In this document: positions 24,282 to 37,288 of the stretch, piece after piece | Layout: each line of letters opens with the position of its first letter | How positions within the stretch are numbered: position 1 is the first letter of the stretch | Assembly: GCA_028534125.1 (NCBI GenBank) | Contig: CM052817.1 | Location: 35,032,001-35,096,000, forward strand | DNA from: Lama glama | Lineage: Eukaryota | Length of the DNA stretch: 64,000 nucleotides | Direction of reading: 5' to 3' | Notes under the pieces: model-generated | What the model was told of the DNA's origin: nothing | The model's database searches: none | The model's input: the letters and a program-made list of their open reading frames with translations, nothing else | Program-made: the position numbers and the translations under genes

Positions 24282-24935
24282 AACTATATAAAGGAGAAAA
24301 GGAGGAGAAAAAAGTAAAAAGAGTTTGAACTGACAGTTGTTTAGATATAAGACTCCAAGGAACATCAAACTGAAGAGTAGATTCTGGAGGCAAGGGGTTT
24401 TGTTTGCTTGCTTTTTGTTTTATTTTAAATATTATGTATTTATTCATGATATAGCTTCTCTTTTGTAATTTTCTCGGTTTTAAATTTGATTTCACTTCTC
24501 AGTCCTGTTTTTCAACTTTCCAAGCATATTACTGTTTACCCTTTGTCTCACTCCCCCAAATTTCTTACTGCATACAAATTGCCTAGAGAAGCAAACTAGT
24601 TAGAGGAATGGCTTTCTTTACAGATGGAGATGTGACCTTTCTCTTACAAAAAGGGAAGCAGCCATTTTATTGCCCTCAAGCAAAGAAATGAGTATTAAGT
24701 AGGCCTGACCCCAGCAACTCTGATTTCTGGAAAGGAGCTGCCAGGAAGGAACAGGGAATGGCAGGAGGAGGCGGTGGGAGTGAATGTTAAGAAATGCCCC
24801 AGTCCTTCCTTTCTGGCAGAGTTCTGATCGAGTCCTGTCACTCACACTTAACTGGCAGTCCAGGGTTCTAGTTAAAAGTGTCCCCTTAGTTCATGTTGGG
24901 AGGTGCTGGCTTTTTGGTTTCCTGGAGGACAAGTC

Positions 24936-24950
24936 CCAGAAGGGGGCGCA
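24936..24950 (+). promoter_or_regulatory. Candidate CTCF site
   Basis: CCAGAAGGGGGCGCA matches the CTCF core CCASYAGRKGGCRS with one mismatch; CpG retained. Confidence 0.45.
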
Positions 24951-25599
24951 ATGAGCCACACCCCCCAAACTCCCCCACTTTCCCTCTACCTCTTCCCCCA
25001 CCCATACGCCCCAGTCCAGGGCCCCCTCCTGTTTTCTCCTCTTGCCTGATTTCCATGGCAGTCGGGAGCTGTCCAGCCACATCGCTTTCCCAGCACAGCC
25101 CAGAGAGTTTCTTGCAGCTTCCTCCACTGTTGCTGTTGGTGGGGCAGTTGGTGAGGAGGCCCAGCCCCCATTCATGCCATGGGGTCTGATTATGACCTTG
25201 GGGTTTTGATTCCAGAACCACTCTGAACACTTTCCTCCTGTCCTCGGGCAGGCACATTTGAAAAAGAAGTCTACACTGCATGTTTTCACCTTCTATTCAC
25301 TTGTTCATCTCAGTAATTTGGTAATAGTTGCCCCCGACTCTCCAAAAATGCACTGTCTGCCCTTTTTTCTTTCGGAAGAGTCACTAGTGGTTTTGGCTTT
25401 GATACATGGAATGGACACTCTTTCAGTCCTTCCCGAATTGAGCATCTTTGTTGCAGAGACACTGTTGGCCACTGATGCACTGAGATGCCTTATTACCAGG
25501 TTGCTTGGCTCCTTCTCGTGCTTCTCTGCCCCTTCTCACGCAGTCTCCTGTCTTGGCTCGCTTTCTGCCCACCACTTTAGTGTTGTGGTTTCCCTCCCC

Positions 25600-26545
25600 T
25601 GGGTGCTTTCCAAAACTATCTTCCCCTACATGCTTTCTTGAGCTGGTTTTGTTCATTCTTGAGGTGTTGACTATCGCCTCCATGTTTGTGGCTCTGCCAA
25701 AAGTGCCAAAAGTGCATCTCCACTCCAGCCTTTCCTCCTCAATCTCACACTCCTTTATCCAGATGCCTGCTGAACGAACTAGTTAGACTCCCCACAGACA
25801 TCACAAAATTCAGTCTATGCAAAACTAACTTCAACACCATCTCCCCAAAACTTGAAGCTCTTCTTTTGTTCCCCGTCTCCATCAACCAAGTCACCCAAGC
25901 CAGAAGCGTGAACGTCCTCCTAGATCTTGAAGTTTCTCCTTTGTCTACTCCCTTCCTACCCAATCACTTAGCAAGTTCTGCTGAATTTGTCTCACCACTG
26001 CCTCTCCTGTGTATCCCTCCTCCTCTGCCACCAGTCACTAATTCGAGCCCTCGTCACCTCTCTCTGCTTTCCTCTTTTCTAGTTTTGTCCTCCATAAATT
26101 CATCCTTCCCTCTGTAGCCACATCTAAAATTCACACCTCTTACCACATCACACTCCTTGAAAGTCTTTAGCAGCAACCCATCATCTACAGAATGAAACCC
26201 CACTTCCTTAGGTACCTCCATGCTCTGGCTCCTCCTCCTCTTCAGACCCAGTTCCTGACGTTCTTTGTCCACTTTTCCCTCTAGTAATACCACCTTTGCA
26301 GACTTCTAGGAGCAGTCCATGCTCTTTCATGCTTACATGCCTTTTCTTGTTCTGTTCCTTTTCATGGACTTCAAAACTCAGCTCAGATTTGATCCCACAC
26401 ATTGTACATCCCTCTCTCACCACCTTTGTTGCAGTTATTTGTTGATAGCGATGTCTCCCTTATGGACTGTGCTCTCTTCTAAGACAGAGGAGTCTTGTTT
26501 GTTCCTCATTGAATCCCAAAGCCTCCCTCTCAGTGAACACTCATG
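25600..26545 (+). mobile_element. L2 LINE (degenerate)
   Basis: Pyrimidine-rich L2 body: atccagatgcctgctg...cacccaagccagaa...ccaatcactt...tggactgtgctct. Confidence 0.65.
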
Positions 26546-26790
26546 ATAACCCTGTGCAGTTGACATTATTATACTCAATCTGTGGATGAGGAAACTAAAG
26601 CTCAAAAGAAGCTAAGTAAATATCTTCCTAAATGTCATGTAGGTAGTGTAGCAGGTGAGCTGGGATTTTGTTAGTATTTACACATGCTAGTCATACATCC
26701 AGAGTAAAGCAATAACTTGCAGTTGTAAATTTAAGAAATACTCACTTTACCACTATTTACCTGTGAGTTTTGAGGCTGTAGAAAGAACAG

Positions 26791-27130
26791 TAGAGAGAGG
26801 ACGGGGAATGGGACGAAGGCATTCAAGAGGTACCGACTTCCAGTTATAAGATAAATTAAGTGCTAGGGATGTCATGTACAACATGATAAATATTAACACT
26901 GCTCTATGTTATATATGAAAGTTAAGAGAATAAATCCCAAGAGTTCTCAACATAAGGAAAAAAATTTTTTTCTATGTCTTTAACTTTGTATCTATATGAG
27001 ATGATGGATATTCACTAAACTTATTGTAATCATTTTATAATGTGCATAAGTCAAATCTTTAGACCATACACCTTAAACTGATAAAAGTGCTATACGTCAA
27101 TTATATCTAAATAAAACTGGAAGGAAAAAA
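26791..27130 (+). mobile_element. L1MA-type 3' end
   Basis: acttccagttataagataaattaag...agggatgtcatgtacaacatg...tacaccttaaac...tcaattatatctaaataaaactggaagg plus A-tail. Confidence 0.85.
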
Positions 27131-28214
27131 GAACAATGGGTTTGGTGTCAAAGGCCTAGGTTGAAGTATTGTCTCAGCCATTTCTAACCAAATGGACTGA
27201 TGTCAAGTTACTTCCTCCCTCGGAGCCTTTACTGAAACCGTATACTGCATGTGGAGGTGCTTTGTAGGGGTCATGAAAATAGGACTTATTACTTAGTTTT
27301 TATTTGAGTTTATGTATGTGGGTGCACCTCAGAGACCAGATGCTGGCAAATTATTTTCATTTTTTCACAGTAATACAATCTCAAATTCTTTATAGAGATC
27401 GTTTCCTTTAGTTTTGAGTAGATTAATTAATACTTAGAATCGCCAGCAAAGCGCGCCACGTAGAACGCCCTGCAGAAGTCTAGGAGTACAAACGTACGTG
27501 TCTTGAAAAGTGCATACCTCAACTCCGAAGCGGGACTGTGTGTGCCAGCTAAATTGGGCCACTTTCTCGGTGAAAGGAGCTTGTATTGCTCCAGACACAG
27601 GGCTTCTCACTCTTCTTTTTGTTAAGCTGCAGACACGATGCTTCCCTCTCCCTCACTGCTCCGTTGCTGCTTTTGTTACCCAAGGGTTCACTTTGCAGGT
27701 TTTTTTCTGAGCCCTGTCACTTTTCTTGACAGGATGTCTGCTGTTAAGCTGCCCCCCATGGGCTCCACTTCCTGTAGGGAAGCTAGCTAGAGCGTACAGG
27801 AGTCCTTCAGACAGCGTAGCTTTGGGGAGGGTATTATAGGATGTCGTGGTCTGCAGCATTGGATTCCCAGTTGAGTTGCTCCAGGTGCCCACTTACAAAG
27901 GAGGAGGATTTATTTCATTGGCTGATAGAATTTCAAGCTATCATTAAGTTGTATAAAAAGTTTTTAATGAGGAGTTTTAAATTTACTCTATGTCTTCACC
28001 TTAAATTTTCCTTTTAAAGTAGTTTCATTTAAACAGATATGTTGAAAGGCATCTACGTGCTAAGAAACTGCTGGTGAGGAGATACAGACCAGGAGGGACT
28101 CATATTCTGCCTTCCTTGAGTTTACGGCATACTCTGAAAGGTAAACTTTAAATAAGTGGTTACACTTATGTGTGATGAATATAGTGAGAGGGGAGATGCA
28201 GGATTTAGGGGAGC

Positions 28215-28687
28215 TGTGGTGGACTTCAGTGGGTTTGTCTGCCTGGCACCCCTTTCCTAAGAATTACCCCTTATACCCAACCATCCACGTGGTCATTACG
28301 AGTGGAACCAAAGCTGAAGTCACAGTTGATTGGCTCAAAGGTGAGCACCTGTCGCTGGGCCAATGACTGTTCTCCCCCAGGAATTTTGGAAATGGAGCAG
28401 AGGCAGGAAGGCCAAGGAGTTTCTGGGTGTCTAAACAGTAATGTGAATGCATGGGAACTTTCAGGGTCACCATAAGGCCTGGATGAGGGGAGGAGGCCAT
28501 AGGAAGAGAATGGGAGGAAGTGAATCCAGTACTCAGAGATGTGGATACCAGAGATGGAGAGAAAGTTACATCTCCATGAGATCCAGTCAGAGTTCCCAGA
28601 ATCTTTACGATACATTTCCCTTTTTTGCTTAAGGTAGTTTGGGTTGAATTTCTCCTGGATGGCACCAGTGCAGTCTTTTCTAATACA
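28215..28687 (+). mobile_element. ERVL LTR16-like solo LTR
   Basis: TG...CA termini; 3' end ttttgcttaaggtagtttgggttgaatttctc...ctaataca. Confidence 0.65.
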
Positions 28688-29149
28688 GACACGTGTAGCC
28701 CCAGGACCTAACCCGAATCAAGGAATCAGGGAAAGCCACCTACAACATATTTTTACACAGTGTTGTCATTGTTGGTTAGATTCCCAGGATAACCCACACA
28801 GGATCATCTAACCCATATAGTGTAGCTGGAATTGATTTCTGTTTCTCCTTAGAATGGATTCATTCATTCATACTGAAGGCCTGCTGTGTTCCAGGAATTA
28901 TATCAGGACCTGGGGAAGTAAAGTGATCACAGGGCACTGGGCCTTGGAGGAGCTTTTGCTCTTTGCTAAACCACCTGCTGACACTGTCTTGTGCACTGTT
29001 ATCTCCTCCTAGGTTTTGGTTACATTATGGGTTAAGTAGACTTTGGTGGGCTAGTCCAGGAAACTGACCTCCATATGACATTGTTTCTATGGTAAATGCA
29101 TTTCCCATTTGATGGGAAGAATTTATACCCTTTGGCTATAGCAGTTCAT

Positions 29150-29500
29150 AATGCAGCAAATATTTTTTGAATACCTTCTATGTGTTGGATAGCATTCCAA
29201 GCTTTGGAAACAGTGATGAAAGACATGGAAAAGGCTTGGCTGTCATGAAACTTAAATGTTACTTGGGGGAGGTGGGCAGTAAACAGTGGACAAATAAATG
29301 AACAGATAATTTAGCCAGCAATACGCACCATGAAGAAAAGTAAAAGAGGATATGGTGGAGGAGGGTGACTGGGGTGGAGTGGAGAGCGACTTTGGGGTCA
29401 GGAAAGGCATCACTCAAGAAGGAACTTTTCAGATGAGAGACACCTGACCCAGGGAAAGAAGGGAATATGGTGCTTCCAGGAACATGCCTGTCCATTCCAC
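29150..29500 (-). mobile_element. L2 fragment
   Basis: cagcaaatattttttgaataccttctatgtg...ggggtcaggaaaggcatcact. Confidence 0.6.
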
Positions 29501-29582
29501 TAGCTGTGAGATGGAGAAGACTTACCAGTCTTGGGCCCTGAGGGATGGCCTCTTTGCTTACGGGAGTCAGAGTGGTATAGAC

Positions 29583-29898
29583 CTGGGCTGTCCCAGTGCC
29601 AAGACCACTAGCCACAGTTGACTTTCGAGCACTGAACAGGGCTAGTCCAAATCAAAATGTTCTCTTAGTGTGAAATACATGCTGGATTCCGAAGACTTAG
29701 TATAAAAAAAGACTGTAGGTATTTTCAGTAATTTTTATATTGATTGCACGATGAATTGACAACATGTTGACATATTTGTTATATAAAATATATAATTAAA
29801 ATAAAATGTGCTTTTTGCTCTTTTAACGTGACTGCTGGAAGGTTAAACATTGTTTCCATGGCTCGTGTTACGTTTCTGTTGTGGTGGTGTGTGTGCTG
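29583..29898 (+). mobile_element. MER33-like hAT MITE
   Basis: Homologous to 7948-8265 and 62977-63267 (cactagccaca...tgtgaaatacatgctggattccgaagacttagtat). Confidence 0.8.
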
Positions 29899-31409
29899 TG
29901 TGGATACACAGTTTTTTGGACTCAGACTGATGGGGGTTTGAGTACCTGAGGATTTTGTTGTAGTTTCTGTGCTTGTTTTGGACAATTTGTTTGATTCTCC
30001 TCTGTCCTGTGTCATCTATCAAATGGGGCTAGTAATACTATATTGTAGGATTGTTTTGAGGGTTAGATCGGATTTGGTAGAGTGCCCACCGTGTACTAGG
30101 CCCTGGGAAATCACACTTGCTGCTAGTTTACAAATGTTTGTTTCCTTCCCTCACTTTCTGATGTGACACAAGTTAGTCACACGTGCCTGTGGGTATTTGG
30201 GGATGCGTTTGGAACTCAGAGAGTGACTGTGTTGAGAAATTGCTATGTAGGTTCTTTACGTTATTTTAATTTTTGGGTTTTTTTTTTTTTGCCTTGTTCT
30301 TTTCGTATGAGGTTTCTGAGGTCTTTATTGTATGATGAAAATAATTACTCCCATTTTACAAGTAAAGAGATTACGTTATATCCGGAGTGGCTCCAGGGAG
30401 TTTGCTAGGCACGTTGAGCCTGGCCTCATGTTTCCTGCAACCAGGCCAACTTCCCTTCTCTTAAATGCTGTAGTCTTTCTCCGCAAGGTAGGTGAGTCCT
30501 TCCGCCGCAAACCCTGAATAGGAATTCTGGTGCCAGGTTCCAGGCCAGAGTGATGCCTTATCTTCTGAATGTTTTTGATACTCTTGTTCTACGAAAGTGA
30601 CAATATCAGAATTCTGAACACCTTATTTATGCTTCAAGAGGTCAGGTAACCAGAGACCCTTCTGGCCTAATGCCATTTTAGATAGCGATTAGTTGGAAGA
30701 AAATGCTGATGCTTTTTTTTTTTTTTTGGCAGAAACACAAAGGTCTTCCCTTCCCCGGTGGTCTCTGTTTCCCTGCTAGTAGTAATGTACGCACTGTGGC
30801 TGGAAGTTCCTAGGCTTCAAGTTGGGACCCTGGTAGTCGTGATAATTGAGGTTATCAATGACCAAAGTCATTTGGTTTGAATAAGGACACCTTAAAATGA
30901 CATTATTTGGAGGACTGAATTTGGCTCCTTGTTAAGATAGTCACCAGGAGTTGTTGGCATAGCATGGAAATGTTTGCTTAGGTCTTAGTTCAATGTAAGT
31001 AATAGTTACTGAGTCCAATGTCAGAAAAATAGTTTGCTGCTTTATTAGATGACTGAGGAATTTGAAAATTGTATTTGAAAAAAAAACTATTTGAAATGAA
31101 GTGAAAGCTAGATTGGTTTACATGTATCTTTTCTTGCAATAACTACTTGTTACTTTTAAATTTTTGCATCTCAAGGAGCTTTCTCCTTCTTCCCTAAGGA
31201 GTCACAATAATATTTGCAACTCTATTCTATTGACTCCTGTAGTCTTTTAATTGGAAATGTAAGCATAAGAAAATATGGAAGGAATTTCTATAATGACTTT
31301 ATACATATGTTCCATAACTCCATATACATTTGTCTATATATATTTAACAGAATTATCTATTAGAAATCTTTAAAAAATTACATTTCTTGTAATAAAAAAT
31401 ATAATTTAT

Positions 31410-31760
31410 TTTGGATACCGATTTATACATCCACCAGAAAAGTATGAGAGTTACAATTTATCTACATCCTTAGCACCACTTGCTGTTGGCAGATAGCTTG
31501 GTTTTTGCCCATTTCACAAGTGTAAAATGGTATTTCATGTTTGTCTCAGTCTGCATTTTCCAATCAGCAGTGCAGTTGAGCATCTTTTCTTAGAATTATT
31601 GACCTGTTGAACCTCCTTTCTCTGAGTTGCCTCATCATCAGGGTCGTCCATTCTTCAATTGATGCATTTTTTTTCTTTCCGCCTTTAAGGAAGTCTTTAT
31701 ATATTTTGAATCTTCTCTCCATCTCTTTGTTGTCTTTTAGCTTTATTTATGTCATCTTCA
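31410..31760 (-). mobile_element. Old L1 (L1ME-type) fragment
   Basis: gtatgagagtt...tacatcct...gtgtaaaatggtatttcat...gttgagcatctttt. Confidence 0.65.
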
Positions 31761-33399
31761 GTCAGGAAAAAGTAAAGCAACTTATCGGTTCCCTCCTTTA
31801 TTATTTGTACTGTTTGTTTCTTTTTAAAGAAATGGCATAAAGTTATATCTGAGTCAAGAAAGATTTCGTAAATAAGACATTAAAATGCATAGGAAATTTT
31901 TAAAAGAGTGATAAATTAGAGTATATCAAAATTTAAAACAATATAATATATCGTTTAAATCATATGTTCATCATACTTTCATTCATTCAACAATTATTTA
32001 TTGACTACTGTGCACGAGGAACTCTTCTGGGCTCTGAGAATATCTGTGTAGAAAAAAATTCCTGCTCTCCTGCACTGACATTTTAGTGAAGGAAACAGAC
32101 AGTAAACTAAAAATAGGAACACACAGTGTATCAGTACCATCAGTACCGCAATGGGTAAATATTGATGACCTCCACAGAGAACAGTCAGAGAAAGGAAATA
32201 GGGAGTGTTACAGTTATAAATAGAATTGTTAGGGAGGCCTCACTCAGGAGGCGGTATTTGAGCAAAGACCTGAAGAAACCGAGGTGGGAGCCTGTGGTTA
32301 TAGTGGGAAAGAATGAACCAGGCTGAAGACAGAGCACGTGGAAAGGCTCTGGGGTGGGAATGTGCCTGGCTTGTTCAAGGAGCAAGATAATGTGTCTGGA
32401 ATGGAGTGAGCTGGGAGAAGAGTAGTGGGAGATGAGGTAACCTGATACCCTCGTGCAAGGCCTTGTAGGTCATTGCAAAGACTTTGGCTTTTATCTCAGA
32501 GGGATGGAAAGTCGTTGGAGGATTATGACAGAGGAGTGATATAATCTAACTTATTAGGGTCACTCTGATGTCTGTGTGGAGAGTAACAGTGAGGGGGAGA
32601 CCCAGTGGGAAACCCTTGCTCATCTTGTTGAGATATGATGGTGTTAGCTATGGAGTAGTGAGAAATGGTTGGATTTTAGATATAGTTTTATATGTTTCAT
32701 ATTTTTCAAAGGTGGAACTAACAGAATTTGATGTTATATTGGACTTGGGAGATGAAAGAGAAGAGTCAAGGATGGCACCAAGTTTTCTGTCTGAGCCATT
32801 GGAAGGATGGGCTTGCTAATTACGGAGACGAGGAAAGGCTGTAGAAGGAGCATGTTTGGAGGGGAAGATCAGAGGTTCAGTTTTGGTTATAATAAGTAGA
32901 GATGTCTGTTAGACATTCAGGTAGAGATGTAGATGAGGCAAAGGAATACATATGGCTGGCGTTCAGAGGCGAGATCTGGGCAGAAATACAAATTTGGGAA
33001 GCATCAATATTTAGATATTTAAAGCTATGAGACTATATGATGTAACCCAGAGAGTAGGTTTAAATTACAAAAAGAAGAGGTTCAAGGACTGAGTCCTGAA
33101 GCACTTCAGTGTTTAAAGGCTTGGAAGGACTCAACAGAGACTGAGAAAGTCTCCAGTGAGGTAGTGATGGTGAAGTTCTAAAACCAACAGAGGACAGTGT
33201 TTCAAGAAAGGAGGAAACCACCTGCAGCCTCTAGCGCTGCTGAAAGGTCAAGGAGGATGAGGACCGTGAACTGACCACCAGATTATTGGTGACACAAACA
33301 AGGGCAGTTCAGTGGAATGGTGGTGGAGACAGACTGATTGGAATAGGTTTAAGGGGTAACAAAAGGAGTTGAATTAGAGACACCAAATAGAAACAACTA

Positions 33400-33486
33400 T
33401 TTTTTTTAATGCAGGTACTGGGAATTGAACTCAGGACCTCATGTATGCTAAGCGTGCACTCTACCACTGAGATTTTTTCCCTCCCC
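33400..33486 (-). mobile_element. vic-1-like SINE, short form
   Basis: ggtactgggaattgaactcaggacctcatgtatgctaagcgtgcactctaccactgag; flanked by acaact repeats. Confidence 0.88.
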
Positions 33487-33568
33487 GCAAGACAACTGAG
33501 TTTTGCTGTAACATGGAGCAGAGAAATGGGACCAAAGCTATAAAAGAAAGCAAGTGTCAAGAAAGTTA

Positions 33569-33647
33569 ATTATTTTTTTTATTGAAGTACAGTCAGTTAC
33601 AATGTGTCAGTTTCTTGTGTACAGCACAATGTCCCAGTCATGCATAT
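33569..33647 (-). mobile_element. 79-bp L1 3' terminus
   Basis: TSD aagaaagtta at 33559-33568 and 33648-33657. Near-identical to the 3' end of the L1 at 41826-42620. Confidence 0.9.
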
Positions 33648-36539
33648 AAGAAAGTTATTTTTTTAAGATGGGAAATGTAGGATGTTTCTGTGCTCTCATA
33701 TGTGCCAGTGGATACCTAAGTAGAGTGGGAAAATAAATGAGGCAGGAGAAATGGGAAGAACTGCTGGAGGCTTCCCCTCGAATGGTTAAGAGTGGTTGGG
33801 GTCTGGCACAAAGTGGAGGGGTTGGTCTTAGGGAAATGGACGCATCATCCATAGTAATAGGAGGGAAAAGGGAATACCATACGTGGGCGGTCCCAGCTAC
33901 AGGTGGGTGACTAGTGCAGTGGTGAGAGCTCGTGGCCCGTCTCTTCTGGTTGCCTCTCTTCCATCAGCTGAGAGTAAGAGAGTGGGGAGGCCCTGTTGGA
34001 TGTTGGAGGAAAGGGGATAAGCTGCAGAACAGTTGTCCAGGTTGGTGAAGAATGGACGGTATGGTCGTATCTTAGGATTGTGACCATTCTAAGTGCTCTG
34101 TTGCTTGAAGTTCATGATCATGAATTAAAAATTTGACTAGTCATTCTAGTTAACTGTATTTTCTCTAGACATGTTCAAAAACACTGGTACTGTTGTGGAA
34201 GAGGTAAGGATTAGGTTTTACTGGATTTGGTGTTTTGACCCGTGAATAGGATGAAACGAGAAGAAGGCTAGGGAGGTGAAGATGTGTACAAGGAAGGGAT
34301 GATTATGAAAGACCATGGATCTATCTGCCTGGCTAAGAAGAAACCTGAGGACAAGAAAATAGTGAATGATGGTGAAAACGGCATGGGGTCAACGGCTTGC
34401 AGGTATAGTGGGGACAAGGAATTGTTAGAGATGTTTGGAGGGAAAAAAGGAAGTGATAGAGGATTAGGTGGAGGGGGTTGCTGTTATTTATAATTTAAGA
34501 GAAGTGGTGTTTTAATTTTTGATTTGATTTTTAGTTGGCAATTTTAAAAGAATTATCTCTTTGGCCTGCTTTCCCCTCTGTTGTTAACATTCTATAAACC
34601 AATGCTTAAATTTCTCCGAGAGCTCTAAAATGAAAATATTTATGTGTATGTTTAGTTTTCAAAAAGAAAGTTTTTTAAAACCATCGATGGTTGCTGGTTT
34701 TTGCTGCTTCTTTAAAATATTTTTAAAATGCCCTTTGGCAAATCCAATGAATTTAGATTTTCCTGTTTGAAGTTCTGGTGCTTTAAGCTAGCTTTGCACA
34801 TTGACTTGACAAATGTTTTACTGCAGCATATGTAGAGTGCATAGTGAAGTTTCTTTGAAATTGAACTAGAATTATCTGGCATTTAAAGCATAATGTGAAA
34901 AACAGTAAGGACTTAAGGTTTTCTGGTAGAGCAATGTGATAGATTTTGCTATGAGCAGGTTGTAATATAAACTCTGCCTTGATTTTTCATATTTTCATAT
35001 ATGAAATTTTGAAAACAATTTTAGTTTTTCATTTTCACATATGATGCCATAAGTTCAGTGTTAACTCTTTATGTGCATCTAAGTATATAAATTTGGTAAA
35101 AATGTAAGGAACTATTACTATGACCTTGGGAAATTCTACAAAGTGTGATCAACTTTAAAAAGAATATTAATTACTGAGGCTTATTCTGACCTACTCTCTA
35201 AGAGTAATTTTAGTTGTCACAGATTTAGAGCACTGTTGCTTCATTTTTAATAACTGATATAATTAACTCTTCTTCCACTTAATAATAACGAGAACTTGAG
35301 GTGTCAACAGGATAATTCCCAGTGGTTGACAGCTTGTTTCAGGAGACCTCCTCTTTTAAACTTGATGCTGCCACCAGTAGCTATTCTTTACCAAGATAAA
35401 CAGCATGAACTCTCTGCTGAATTCCTGCACTGTTAATTACATTAGAAACATCATTTGCATAGATCCGATGACCATTCATTGAGGAGCAGGTAGCTGTTTA
35501 GTTTCACTTGAAGGTATAGGTAACTGTGGGGTTCTGTCTGAATCATCAAAGTCTTCTTTGAGAACTTGGTCCTCCATCTGTCGTGAGTACCTTTAGAGTC
35601 ACATGGCAGACTTTGGGTAGGCTGGACTTATATATCTGCTAGTGATTATCTTATTCAAGTACCGTTTTTAGGGCCAGGATCTGACATTAGTATTTGATGT
35701 TTTCTGTTTCCTCTGGCTCCTTTATTTTTCCAGATGAAGTTGGGTCTTATAAAATACTGCTTTTTGGGGACATACTTTGATAATGTACTCACCTGTCTTT
35801 CGTGTAATGTATGCCTTGGCCAAAACCACAGTTTCCCCAAATGAAAAGTAGATATGTCCATGGCTTAAGGCACAGTGTCCTTCAGCTGCCCTCACTGGAC
35901 ATTTAAGGTTTTGGCATGTTGACTGTTCCGAAATGGCCAGTTTCCATGACTCCCAGTGTCCTTTGATGGTTTTACCCTAATGAGACCTGGCTCTCTTTCC
36001 TGTGACTTACATGCTCAAGAAAGGAGGCTCTGTGTGGGTTAGCAGACATCGAGACTTCTGCAGGCCAAGCCAGCAGAGTTCAATTTGTCACTTAATTGGG
36101 CTAAATTAAGTGAGCAACATGCTGGAAGTGGGACAGACTGGCCAACTGTACATCATACAATGCTGCATGTGTTGCTGTGGACTAACTCCGAAATGGCCAT
36201 GTCTCTCCATTAGCAGAGCCTATTGAAATAATATGCTGGAGAAATCATATGTCTGTGTCATTTTTGGCATCAGACGTTAGTTCTTGGAAACCAGTTGTGT
36301 GGTGTGTTTCCAACCAAATTATTTCTAGAAAATGAATGAGTTTTTTTTTAAAAGAAGACATCATTATTTAATTTTAATGTCAGAATGAACCTTGCTTGAC
36401 TATCATAAATAGCTAAATCTAATCATTGATTTACTCAGCTTTAAGCAGCCCTATATACAAATTGTCCCCAAGTTAATTATGAAGAAAGTGTGATGTTTTA
36501 GTGACAAGAAGTAAACAGTTATAGAATTAGAGTAGTTAA

Positions 36540-37207
36540 ATTTTTTAAATCAATGTATAGTTGTTGTACAATATGAGTTACAGGTGCACAATATAGTGAT
36601 TTGCAATTTTTAAGTTATACTCCACATATAAAATATTGGCTATCTTCCTGTTGTGCAATATAGCCTTGTAGCTTCTTTTATACCTAATAGTTTGTACCTC
36701 TTACTCCCCCACGCTTATGTTACCCCTTCTCCCTTCCCTCTCCCCATTGATAACCACTAGTTTTTTCTCTATACCTGTGATTCTGCTTCTACTGTTATAT
36801 TCATTAGTTTGTTGTATTTTCTAGATTCCACATATAAGTGATATACAGTATTTGTCTTTCTCTGTCTGACTTATTTCATTTAGCATGATGCCCTCCAAGT
36901 CCATCCATGCTGCTGCACATAGTAAAATTTTGTTCTCTTTTAAGACTGAATAGTATTCTATTGTATGACTACCACATCATCTTTACCCATTCATCTACTG
37001 ATGGACACTTAGGTTGCTTCCATATCTTGGCAATTGTAAATAATGTTGCTATGAACTTTGGGGTGCACATATCTTTTCAAATTAGTGTTTTTGGTTTTTT
37101 CATGTAAATACCCAGGATTGGAATTGCTGGGTCATATGGTAGTTCTACTTTTAGTTTTTAGGGAAACCTCCATACTATTTTCCACAGTGGCTGTACCAAT
37201 TTACAAA
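36540..37207 (-). mobile_element. L1 3' end (ORF2 C-terminus plus 3'UTR)
   Basis: ctagattccacatataagtgata, gatggacacttaggttgcttccatatcttggc, ggaattgctgggtcatatggtagttcta. Confidence 0.93.
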
Positions 37208-37288
37208 TTTAAATTAGTAGTAAGTTAGTAAATTTTTGCTACTTCCTCCCACAAACCTATTAGTATGAAAGATTTAGGGCTTTCCTAT

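Larger units (their letters stand above)
31977..34490 (-). mobile_element. Long L2 LINE carrying nested SINE and L1 insertions
   Basis: Starts with the L2 tail ttcattcattcaacaattatttattgac. Continues agggaggcctcact, gagtcaaggatggcaccaagtttt, gagatgtctgttagacattcag, gtcaaggaggatgaggac. Confidence 0.85.

Noticed and set aside
24886..25289. 131-132 aa minus-strand ORFs
   Set aside because: No recognisable homology or exon structure; explained by local GC richness.
34984..35015. AT-rich palindrome tttcatatatgaaa
   Set aside because: Low complexity; expected by chance in AT-rich DNA.
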